Shown here piece by piece: positions 1 to 7,584 of a DNA stretch of 64,000 nt; the first letter of the stretch is position 1; each line of letters opens with the position of its first letter. The notes below the pieces were generated by a model that searched no databases, was not told where the DNA came from, and was given only the letters and a program-made list of their open reading frames with translations. This DNA is from an uncultured Acidobacteriota bacterium (lineage in GTDB: Bacteria; Acidobacteriota; Thermoanaerobaculia; Multivoradales; JAHEKO01). Where the stretch lies: contig CAVQNG010000025.1 of assembly GCA_963713825.1 (NCBI GenBank), forward strand, positions 512,001 to 576,000, given 5' to 3'. A program made the translations under genes and the position numbers.

Positions 1-126
1 GAGACCAATGCCGGGGGCGAGCTCAAATTGTCGGTAACGATCCCTGCCCTGCAGCGCGGCAGCAGTGCCCTGATCGTGACTGCCAGCAGTGCGATTGGCA
101 CAGCCGAGATCAAGCAACTACTGTAG
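1..126 (+). CDS. 3' end of a host hypothetical protein (partial, runs in from the window edge)
   Basis: Frame 1 reads ETNAGGELKLSVTIPALQRGSSALIVTASSAIGTAEIKQLL* with TAG at 124-126. The mismatch between the two att copies at 54/12287 is synonymous in this frame (CAG/CAA). Confidence 0.6.
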   Translation, partial: ETNAGGELKLSVTIPALQRGSSALIVTASSAIGTAEIKQLL

Positions 127-148
127 GTAGAATAGCTTCGAATCTTCC

Positions 149-179
149 CTCTCGCACTTGACGCGAGAGCGTGTATAAT
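149..179 (+). promoter_or_regulatory. tRNA-Lys promoter region: TATAAT -10 and CTCTCGC-N7-GCGAGAG palindrome (also present in the right repeat)
   Basis: TATAAT at 174-179, 11 nt before the tRNA start. A 7-bp inverted repeat (149-155/163-169) lies over the -35 region. Confidence 0.6.
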
Positions 180-190
180 CCCCCGTTCGA

Positions 191-254
191 GGGCCGCTAG
201 CTCAACTGGCAGAGCAGCAGACTCTTAATCTGCGGGTTCGGGGTTCGAGTCCCT
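191..254 (+). pseudogene. 3'-truncated tRNA-Lys(CTT) fragment (5' 64 nt)
   Basis: Matches 12424-12487, then diverges (TTCTCC instead of GGCGGCTCACCA). It lacks the 3' acceptor strand and CCA. Confidence 0.9.
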
Positions 255-337
255 TTCTCCTTACTCAACACCTGCCGCTTTCTTCCTCCTCATGGGCCAC
301 CCATGGGCCAGTTGGTATTCAAAAAACCACCGAGAAT

Positions 338-601
338 CTAGCCTAGAGCCTTCGGCGGCAGCGTCCGTGCTTTCTTAGTTTCTTCGATCAGTTCCTGCAC
401 TTTCTCCCGCACCATCTCGCTGACACTGCGCTCGGTGTAGGCGGAGATGAGCCGCAGCGCCTTCCTTTCCTCAGGAGCGAGGTAGATGACTACCCGCATG
501 AGGCCGCCAGATGTGACGGTGGTCTCGCCACCTTTCGGGCCCTTTGGGACCTTGCCCTTGGCGGCCTTCTTGATACCTTTACCGCTGCTCGTTGGAGTCA
601 T
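338..601 (-). CDS. Ribbon-helix-helix (CopG/Arc-like) DNA-binding protein
   Basis: MRVVIYLAPEERKALRLISAYTERSVSEMVREKVQELI fits the beta-alpha-alpha RHH pattern after a Lys-rich N-tail. ATG at 601 chosen over the longer ORF start. Confidence 0.7.
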   Translation of the reverse strand: MTPTSSGKGIKKAAKGKVPKGPKGGETTVTSGGLMRVVIYLAPEERKALRLISAYTERSVSEMVREKVQELIEETKKARTLPPKALG

Positions 602-1044
602 CGCTGTTTCCCTGCCAGATGTTCCTCTTGGCGTTGGGCGTTGATGTGCCGCCCCTGCGGCTGCGTCATGCGGATGATAACATATCGGCAACATGGGTGC
701 ATAGGCATATGTGATTATGGGCCCGTAGAGACACGAACCCTGATCCCCAGCCACTCTTACCCTCAAAGATGATCAAAGTGGCCTCAGGGCGATTCTGAGG
801 CGATTGTGGGCTTGGTGAGGGCCTGCTCAGAGCGCGCACTCAGCAAGGGCGATTTAGTGGACTGAGGTCAACCTCGTTGAACCACCTGGGTTCAGTCCCG
901 ATGTCTCGCCTTCTGAATGAAGTGCATCAGTGGCTTGAAGGAGATTTCGGAGAACCATCGGCCAGACGCTCCAAGGTAGGATGGGTTTAGGAATGGCGAT
1001 GTGCCTAGTCGAAGGGCACCAGTTCGTTTTGAAGGAGGTGGGAA

Positions 1045-1362
1045 TTGCAGCTAGGCGCAGATGACACCGCCTTCGTGGTGATTACTGCTACGGTAGTTGT
1101 GGCGTTGTTGGTTTGTTGGTCTTCGCAGCGTTTCTTTAGGTACTTGAAACTTCATCATCGAGAGTTGTGGGATGAATTGGGAAGACCACATGCCTTTCTG
1201 AATCAATCGACCGATGCCACCAACTTTCTGCTACGAGGTCAGTATAGGCACCTCAAAGACCCTCGACTGAATCGTCATGGAAGCATTTGGAAGGTGACGA
1301 TGATGGGCTTTGTGGCAGCACTCTGGCTAGCACTCATATCCCTGGTGGTGAGTCAGTTGTGA
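1045..1362 (+). CDS. Small 2-TM membrane protein (UspB-like); paralog of 1417-1740
   Basis: GGAGG RBS; TM-LKLHHRELWDELGRP...FLLRGQYRHLKDPRL-TM. Confidence 0.7.
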   Translation: MQLGADDTAFVVITATVVVALLVCWSSQRFFRYLKLHHRELWDELGRPHAFLNQSTDATNFLLRGQYRHLKDPRLNRHGSIWKVTMMGFVAALWLALISLVVSQL

Positions 1363-1416
1363 CTCGAATCCAACTGGTGTGCCAGAGGTCATGAATGAAA
1401 TGAGAACCTGACAGCG

Positions 1417-1740
1417 ATGTGGAACGCACTTCTCACCACCACTTGGTCAGCGCTCGTGGTGCTTGTCGTGACTCTCCTCATTGTCTGGTATTTGCTCCTG
1501 CGACGCCTGCGGCACCACCATGAAGAACTCTGGCACTCCTTCGGAGAGCCGAGATTTTTCAGAACAACGATTCAGAAGCAGAATGATGTTCGGAAGTTCC
1601 TACGTTCGGGGGAGTACAGGAAACTCGGTGATCCTCAAATGGACCTGCTTGTACTTCTGGCAAAGATCCTAAACCCTCTTGCATCGTTGCTGTTTGTGGT
1701 CTGGGTCGTTGGAGAGTTGTTGATGTGCTGGGTCCCGTGA
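1417..1740 (+). CDS. Small 2-TM membrane protein (UspB-like); paralog of 1045-1362
   Basis: TM-LRHHHEELWHSFGEP...FLRSGEYRKLGDPQM-TM. Confidence 0.7.
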   Translation: MWNALLTTTWSALVVLVVTLLIVWYLLLRRLRHHHEELWHSFGEPRFFRTTIQKQNDVRKFLRSGEYRKLGDPQMDLLVLLAKILNPLASLLFVVWVVGELLMCWVP

Positions 1741-1763
1741 TTCAGTCCGAAAGAGAGGATTGC

Positions 1764-2387
1764 TTGAGAGTTGGAGCCCTCTTCGCGCTTGGTGATGCTC
1801 GCCTGCTTCTGGTGGCGCTGACGATGTTCTTCGGTTGTGGCCTGATGAGTGCCGCAAAAGAGGACACTCCAACCTACAGAATCAGCAGTCTTCCAGAAGA
1901 TGCGGTCCTTGAGTATGGGTTTCACGGAGGATACGGCTTAACGTCGCCTCGGTATCACCTGTACGGTGATGGGCTCCTAGTTCGGGAGGTGATCGACAAA
2001 ATGACTAACCGAGCAGTAACCACCAAAGAGCTTCAACTCTCGCTGCAGGATGTCGATGCCCTAATGCAAATGGTGGTTGAGTCTGGAGTGCCGGAATTGA
2101 CACAGCACAAGATTCGCGCTGTGGTTGGGCCGGGGTCGTTGGTCCAAGACGCATGGATGGTGGTCTTGCAGCTACGGTTCGAGAGCTATCAAAGAGAAGG
2201 GAAAGCGGAGATAGCCCCATTTGAGCCGAAGATTACAATGGAAACACCGTCACTGGTGGCCGAGGCGTTTCCTGATTTCCGAGAAGCACATGCTCTGGTA
2301 GCGCTCAACGAAGCGCTAGAAGAGTACTTCGAACAGTCTGGAACTGAGGCGGTGATGGAAGCCTCCCAGGGCCCACCCGGCAACTGA
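1764..2387 (+). CDS. Putative lipoprotein; paralog of 2402-3028
   Basis: Hydrophobic stretch ending FFGC and a YHLYGDGLLVRE motif shared with the next gene. TTG start follows GAGAGGA but is uncertain. Confidence 0.6.
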   Translation: MRVGALFALGDARLLLVALTMFFGCGLMSAAKEDTPTYRISSLPEDAVLEYGFHGGYGLTSPRYHLYGDGLLVREVIDKMTNRAVTTKELQLSLQDVDALMQMVVESGVPELTQHKIRAVVGPGSLVQDAWMVVLQLRFESYQREGKAEIAPFEPKITMETPSLVAEAFPDFREAHALVALNEALEEYFEQSGTEAVMEASQGPPGN

Positions 2388-2401
2388 CAGATGAAGGTGC
2401 T

Positions 2402-3028
2402 ATGAGGGGCTCGATGGTCATTCAGAAGTACGTCACCTGCCTAGGTCTAGTAGCCCTGCTTTTTGCGGGTTGTTCGCGAAGCGGGGCAGAAGAGTTCACG
2501 CCGAACGAGATGTCTACGGGTGTACAGGACGTTGACGCGATGAACTTGGAAAGGACATTCACATTCTCCGCAGATCCCGCAGTTGCGGTCCTTCAACTTC
2601 ACTGGAGCGGCGGCTTGCGAATGGATACCGTTGAGTACTCTCTTCTAGGTGATGGGCGTCTTCGCAAGGTGCGCAGGTCTAGGAGCGCTCTTCACGAGAG
2701 CGAAGAAGTGGAGTTGTCGTATGGCGAAGCCGAGGCTCTCCTACGGCTGGCCGTCGACGGCGGGCTGATGGAATGGGACTGGGACCGTCTTCGGGCGCAA
2801 TTTGTCGCTGCAGCGGGGCATGAACCCGCAGGTACGGACTCGAGGATCCTCCAATTTCGAATTGTCCTTGAGACCTATTCGGGGATTATGGAATCGCACG
2901 AGGGTTCAATAGCAAAGACGTTCTCGACCTCATCTCCCGCTCTCCTCAGACGAGAAGCACCTGAGATCAGAGAAATCGCAGCGCTTGATGAGTTGAGTCA
3001 GCAATTGGCGCGCTATTTCGGGCGGTAA
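2402..3028 (+). CDS. Putative lipoprotein; paralog of 1764-2387
   Basis: Lipobox LFAGC, YSLLGDGRLRKV motif, and a C-terminus (PEIREIAALDELSQQLARYF) resembling PDFREAHALVALNEALEEYF. Confidence 0.7.
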   Translation: MRGSMVIQKYVTCLGLVALLFAGCSRSGAEEFTPNEMSTGVQDVDAMNLERTFTFSADPAVAVLQLHWSGGLRMDTVEYSLLGDGRLRKVRRSRSALHESEEVELSYGEAEALLRLAVDGGLMEWDWDRLRAQFVAAAGHEPAGTDSRILQFRIVLETYSGIMESHEGSIAKTFSTSSPALLRREAPEIREIAALDELSQQLARYFGR

Positions 3029-3055
3029 ACGCGGCGGGGATAGCTCCCGACCTTG

Positions 3056-3143
3056 GCCGGTGGAGTTCCGGCGCGTGTGGCGCGCATACATTTCTCCTTA
3101 CCCCTGTTAGGGCTGGTGAAGGTGGGTGTAGGGTAGGGGGCTC
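3056..3143 (+). repeat. Dispersed 88-bp repeat, copy 1 (GCCGG-N7-CCGGC + G-rich tail)
   Basis: Aligns without gaps to 7151-7238 and 8970-9057. Confidence 0.9.
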
Positions 3144-3268
3144 AGAAGAGCGTTCCCTCAGTTGGGCTGCGCTGCAGCGTTTGGACGAATCCACTCACGA
3201 ACCTGCTTCTCACAGTCTCCACGTTTCTGCAGTACAAATGTGCCGACCAATCGCGGATCGAAAGCCAA

Positions 3269-3673
3269 TCAAGGTCCCGGTCTGTTCTGAAGGACTCGCC
3301 TTCTTCGGGGCCAAGGCAAGGGGACGTTTAGAAGACTCCAAGTCTTAACAGTCTTCCAGGTGGCACCGTCGGGTTTTTGCATTCTTGCCTTCGTCGCTGT
3401 CTTGCCTCTGTAGAACTCGACGATTCGGTAATCCCCTGACAGCAGCCCGGCGACCTCTTGGCGGCACAGTCGCCTAACGCTCTCTTCACCACATGGGAAC
3501 CATGAACCGCGAAAGGCGCCGGCTTCGAGAAACACCTCGTCAATTTGCAAGTTCAGGTTGACATCAAATAGCAGACCTCTCTGGCGGGGGATGTCCAGGT
3601 TCAGATCGAGACCACTTTCGGCAGGCTGCCTCAGCAGTCGGGCCGCTTCCTTCCGTGCAGTGTGGTCGATCAT
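3269..3673 (-). CDS. Hypothetical protein
   Basis: 134-aa ORF continuing the minus-strand gene run; no family recognised. Confidence 0.5.
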   Translation of the reverse strand: MIDHTARKEAARLLRQPAESGLDLNLDIPRQRGLLFDVNLNLQIDEVFLEAGAFRGSWFPCGEESVRRLCRQEVAGLLSGDYRIVEFYRGKTATKARMQKPDGATWKTVKTWSLLNVPLPWPRRRRVLQNRPGP

Positions 3674-3702
3674 TGGTGCGATTCTCGGCTCATCGCTTCA
3701 GT

Positions 3703-4635
3703 TCACTCGCCTGGCCGTGAGGCTCGTAACGCCCGAATCGTAGCCTCATACTGGTTGTCACCGAGAGCGACGACTGTCAAGAATCCCACCAGCTTCTGCC
3801 CATCGGGCGATTCCTGCTGGAATATCTGCATGTCGCTGACAGTCCCGCTCGACTCCGCGTCAGGAAGCCATCCCTGTTCCACCATCTGACCTCCGAAGTG
3901 CCTCGCCACTGCGACTCGAGACATGTCCACCTTGAACAGGTTGCTCCTGCTGCGGGAGTCTCCAAGACCCTGGCTGCCTGAGTTCCCCCCACCCCCGCCG
4001 CCAATCCAAACGGAGTCCTCGGGGAGATGTAGGGTGGGAAGGAAGCGTTCGAACTGGTCATAGTGGCGGTCCCCCACTAGTCGCCATCGGTCCGAACTGC
4101 CAGGCCAGCAGTCATCATCATCGAGAATGTCTAGTACTGCGAGAGTCTGATCCTGAAGCGGATGAACAACCACCGACAGCAATCTGTGGTCAGGGCCGCA
4201 AAGGGACACTTCTTCCGAGTCTGAATAGACGAACCCACCAGGCTGGGCAGGTCCCTTTTCAGCGGCTCGCCATTCCCCGCTCAACAGCGCCGCGCGGATG
4301 AGATCTCTCGCCTGGTCGGGTTTGCTGGGAACGCGTACCGCAACTCGCGCCCACGTCTCTGAGCTGGCACTTGCGACTACAGTGGCTCCGCTGGGAAGGG
4401 GGACCAGCTCTTGCAGCCCCGCCGGCATGCCTCCAGGCGTGACCGCCGGTACGCCACGAAACTTGGACGACAGCATTGCTGAAACCTCTTCTGCGGACAC
4501 GCAGTTCGACACTGTCTGCGAGAAGACCGGCATCACGAAGCAGCCCAGCATGAGACCGAGAAGGAGACCAACTCGTCCTTCGCTTCGGAAAAGAGCCACG
4601 GCACACCTCCGATCTTGGAGCGGTTGAAACCTCAT
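3703..4635 (-). CDS. Secreted hypothetical protein
   Basis: ATG at 4635 with a purine-rich RBS, signal-like segment VGLLLGLMLGCFVMPVFSQ, and a Gly-rich internal loop. Confidence 0.65.
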   Translation of the reverse strand: MRFQPLQDRRCAVALFRSEGRVGLLLGLMLGCFVMPVFSQTVSNCVSAEEVSAMLSSKFRGVPAVTPGGMPAGLQELVPLPSGATVVASASSETWARVAVRVPSKPDQARDLIRAALLSGEWRAAEKGPAQPGGFVYSDSEEVSLCGPDHRLLSVVVHPLQDQTLAVLDILDDDDCWPGSSDRWRLVGDRHYDQFERFLPTLHLPEDSVWIGGGGGGNSGSQGLGDSRSRSNLFKVDMSRVAVARHFGGQMVEQGWLPDAESSGTVSDMQIFQQESPDGQKLVGFLTVVALGDNQYEATIRALRASRPGE

Positions 4636-4720
4636 TCTACTGATCCCCCTCTGGAACATGTCCGACTTGTTCCCGTAGGTGACCTCAGAGACTGATATCA
4701 ACCCCGTTGAAGACCCGTCT

Positions 4721-4909
4721 TCAGTCCCGATCCCTTGAGTTTTCGCCCAAGGCGGCGAACCTGCCAACGAAGCCGAATATACCGACAAACGTCACCAGTC
4801 CCATCCAAAACCCCTTGTAGATAGCTACGTAGATTCCGGCGGCAAGACCCGCGATGAACGCGAACACGATCAACGCGAGAGGCAGAGTTCCCTCATCCCA
4901 ACGAGACAT
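4721..4909 (-). CDS. Small 2-TM membrane protein
   Basis: 62 aa with two hydrophobic helices and an AAGG upstream. Confidence 0.5.
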   Translation of the reverse strand: MSRWDEGTLPLALIVFAFIAGLAAGIYVAIYKGFWMGLVTFVGIFGFVGRFAALGENSRDRD

Positions 4910-5032
4910 GACGTACCTTAAAGGACTGTAGCACTAGAACCACTGCGACCCGACTTCGACGGGAGTCCCTCTACCTTCCCGGGAGGGTGGTGCATCGTTT
5001 ATGTAGTGCCTGCTAGGGTGCCTCCAGCAGAG

Positions 5033-5605
5033 ATGAAGCTAACAGGTAGATCGACTCTGTTGGTAGCTGTGGCCCAGGTCCTCCTGGCGGCCAGCTTTTC
5101 CTCCCCTCAGGGGAGATACCTCTCGGACGACGAGAGTGGCGTCAGGCAGATCAGAGAGACAGGAGATCAACGCATTTGCAGAGTTGTCAGCACGGTTGAG
5201 CACCCACACCATTCGGAGGAGGAACGCAGAGAGTTCGAGTCGTTCACCAAGCTGTTCCATCTCAGTCTTCTAGAGGCGGAAGGAATACAGGTCGGGAATG
5301 GAGACCCCTGTGAAGGCGGTACCCTCGAATTGGCGATGAGGACCGCCAAAGACGAAGAGCGCGAGTACTTCTTCACAACCGTGGTTGTTCAGTACTTCGC
5401 CCACGAACCGACCAGAGAGAACCTCGGTGAAGCTGAGCCGGCGTGGGTGAAAGCCGGAGCCATAGACCCGATTCGTTACAAATCGAAGGATGCAGACAGA
5501 GATGACTGGGTCTACTTCCTGACCGGCAAGACGCTCGAGCTACACCTGAAGCTCTTCCACGAATTCGTGTCAGATTGGAAGGAGGCTCACGGGACCCCCT
5601 CGTGA
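5033..5605 (+). CDS. Secreted hypothetical protein
   Basis: Signal peptide MKLTGRSTLLVAVAQVLLAASFS. Confidence 0.65.
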   Translation: MKLTGRSTLLVAVAQVLLAASFSSPQGRYLSDDESGVRQIRETGDQRICRVVSTVEHPHHSEEERREFESFTKLFHLSLLEAEGIQVGNGDPCEGGTLELAMRTAKDEEREYFFTTVVVQYFAHEPTRENLGEAEPAWVKAGAIDPIRYKSKDADRDDWVYFLTGKTLELHLKLFHEFVSDWKEAHGTPS

Positions 5606-5613
5606 GAGCTGGT

Positions 5614-5934
5614 ATGGACTCGCTGGGGTTGGCGGGTGATCCTGCCGCAAAGACCGGTATCGCAGCCTTGTCCGAGGAATACTTTGGATTGCCGCCAGAG
5701 GCCCTGGTGGTCGTAATCGTGGCCTCTGCAATTGGGTTCGGAGCGTCACTTCTGTTTACCCGCTCCTACCTCCGACGAGTAGGGAAACCTTGGACCTCGG
5801 CGTTGCATCCTCGGTTTATGCTTGATGCGGATTTCAACAAGAGAGAGCTGCTGATCTTGGGCGCCACGTTTGCCCTAGTATTTCTCTGGCTGTTGCTCTC
5901 CTCTTTCGTGAGGGGTTGGTTGAAGTACAGATAG
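5614..5934 (+). CDS. Small 2-TM membrane protein
   Basis: Two hydrophobic helices flanking a short basic loop. Confidence 0.55.
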   Translation: MDSLGLAGDPAAKTGIAALSEEYFGLPPEALVVVIVASAIGFGASLLFTRSYLRRVGKPWTSALHPRFMLDADFNKRELLILGATFALVFLWLLLSSFVRGWLKYR

Positions 5935-6140
5935 CTCCTGCACCATCCTTGTCTTTTTCGTTCTGGGGTGTGTTCCATGAGCGCTCCCTCCAGTCCAAAT
6001 ACCTTGGTAGTTAGGCCCGCCACTCAGACCGGGCATGACGGTTGAGTGGGGGTGCGGCATCGTGGTCCACTGGAGGGGTTCCCCAGGGAGGTCAGGGCGT
6101 CGGTTACACTTCTCTTGGTCAAATTGTGCGGAGGGGGCTA

Positions 6141-6674
6141 ATGCTCAAGCTGATCGGTTATCCCGCGATCGTAGTCTCGAGCCTGAGTCTGGTGGCTAGT
6201 CTGGCGATTATCCTAGCTGCGCCCACCGGATGGATAGACTCCGAAGATGTGGTCCTCCTAGCCATGATCTTGAGCATCGTTGTTCCTGGAGGAGCCGCGA
6301 TTCTGATCGTCAATACGGAGTTCGAGAATCTGTCTCAGCGCCAAGTGATGAAGCTGAGCTGGGAGTTGTGTCCTCGCTGGATGCGGCTTCTGGGGAGGAT
6401 CCTGATTGCCATGGGTTTTCTAGCCTTCCTTGGAGAGGTTGCGGTAGGAGCCATTGGAACCTCCTCTGAAACCGAAGGTTCCACAGCTCTCTCCACGGGC
6501 GGTTTTGGACTCGTGATTCATGCGTGGGCAATCGTCTTGATCTATGGAGCAATGCAGTTGCAGGAGAATCTAGCCCGGTCTCGGTGCAAGTTCGGTCACG
6601 AGGTCCCGTTGGGTGCGAAGTTCTGTCCCGAGTGTGGTGAAAGAGCTAACCCAGAAGGCGCTCGACTCGAGTGA
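6141..6674 (+). CDS. 4-TM membrane protein with C-terminal zinc ribbon
   Basis: GGAGG RBS, four hydrophobic segments, and CKFGH...AKFCPECG. Confidence 0.75.
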   Translation: MLKLIGYPAIVVSSLSLVASLAIILAAPTGWIDSEDVVLLAMILSIVVPGGAAILIVNTEFENLSQRQVMKLSWELCPRWMRLLGRILIAMGFLAFLGEVAVGAIGTSSETEGSTALSTGGFGLVIHAWAIVLIYGAMQLQENLARSRCKFGHEVPLGAKFCPECGERANPEGARLE

Positions 6675-6749
6675 GTACTCAGGTCGAGTCAAGTCAATCG
6701 CACTACCCGAAGACGTGGCGACTGCTGAGCAGCGTCCCGTTAGGCTGTT

Positions 6750-7214
6750 GTGGAAATGGTCTCAGCTGAAGGTAGTCTCCAGCTTGACGCCACCACCCGG
6801 ATGGCGATTGGCTGCATTGTCGCGGCACTGGCATTCGAGTTGTTTGCGGTGGGCGCGATGGTCTGGCAAGAGTCCCAAGCCGTCGGCCTCCCAGTCTTGT
6901 TAGGCTGCGTTGGGGTACTCGGGATGGGAGTTCTCTTGGCCTCCGTTTGCAGCTTCTTGATCTGGTTTCATCGAGCTTACAGGCGCTTGGAAGTCCTCGA
7001 GGTGGGGAATCGTAGGTACTCCGCCACTTGGGCTGTTCTGGGGTGGTTCATTCCGTTTCTAAACTTGGTTCGTCCGTACCGCGTGGCCATCGAAATCTGG
7101 GAAAGGACGGACTCCTACTGCTGCCTGCAAGCGGGCGGGCCGGCAGCTCCGCCGGAAAGTACCCGGCGTGTGTGGAGCGCATTCATCCGCTCTGAACCCG
7201 GTCGGGGCTGGTGA
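6750..7214 (+). pseudogene. DUF4328-like membrane protein, apparently 3'-truncated at repeat copy 2
   Basis: FLIWFHRAYRRL...WAVLGWFIPFLNLVRPYRVAIEIW resembles DUF4328. The expected C-terminal TM helices are absent and the stop codon lies inside the repeat. Confidence 0.6.
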
Positions 7215-7238
7215 AGGTGGGTGTGGGGTATGGGGCTC
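7151..7238 (+). repeat. Dispersed 88-bp repeat, copy 2
   Basis: GCCGG-AAAGTAC-CCGGC GTGTGTGG...GGGCTGGTGAAGGTGGGTGTGGGGTATGGGGCTC. Confidence 0.9.
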
Positions 7239-7584
7239 GGACCACCAGGCGCTCTGCTGTGCAACTAGGCAGCTGCTCTAGCGGGAATCCGAGAAGCGGC
7301 GAAAGAGAACGTGAGCCACCTCGGCGGCGGAGGGATTCGCATTCAGGGCCGCGACAAACGCTGGTGAGCCTCTGATACGGTGCCTGCCGGCAACGATCAT
7401 TTCCCGCCACGAGACAAGAAGCACTAGCCTGGCAGATCTTCTCGGGCAAGAGGGATGGTTGTTGGCTCTGTCGGGAGTCGTGGTTGTGGTCTAGCGAACC
7501 AGAAGTGGATCATGACGAGCACCCACCCAGTTGGGTAGTGCGTCGTAGTTGCTGATCTGGTAGTTATCAGTAGGAGCGAACTCG

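Larger units (their letters stand above)
27..254 (+). repeat. Left att repeat (228 bp)
   Basis: Identical to 12260-12487 (offset 12233) except for two mismatches at 54/12287 and 141/12374. Confidence 0.95.

Noticed and set aside
158-179. TTGACG as the -35 element paired with TATAAT for tRNA-Lys
   Set aside because: The spacer is only 10 bp. The real -35 must lie further upstream, within the palindrome arm.
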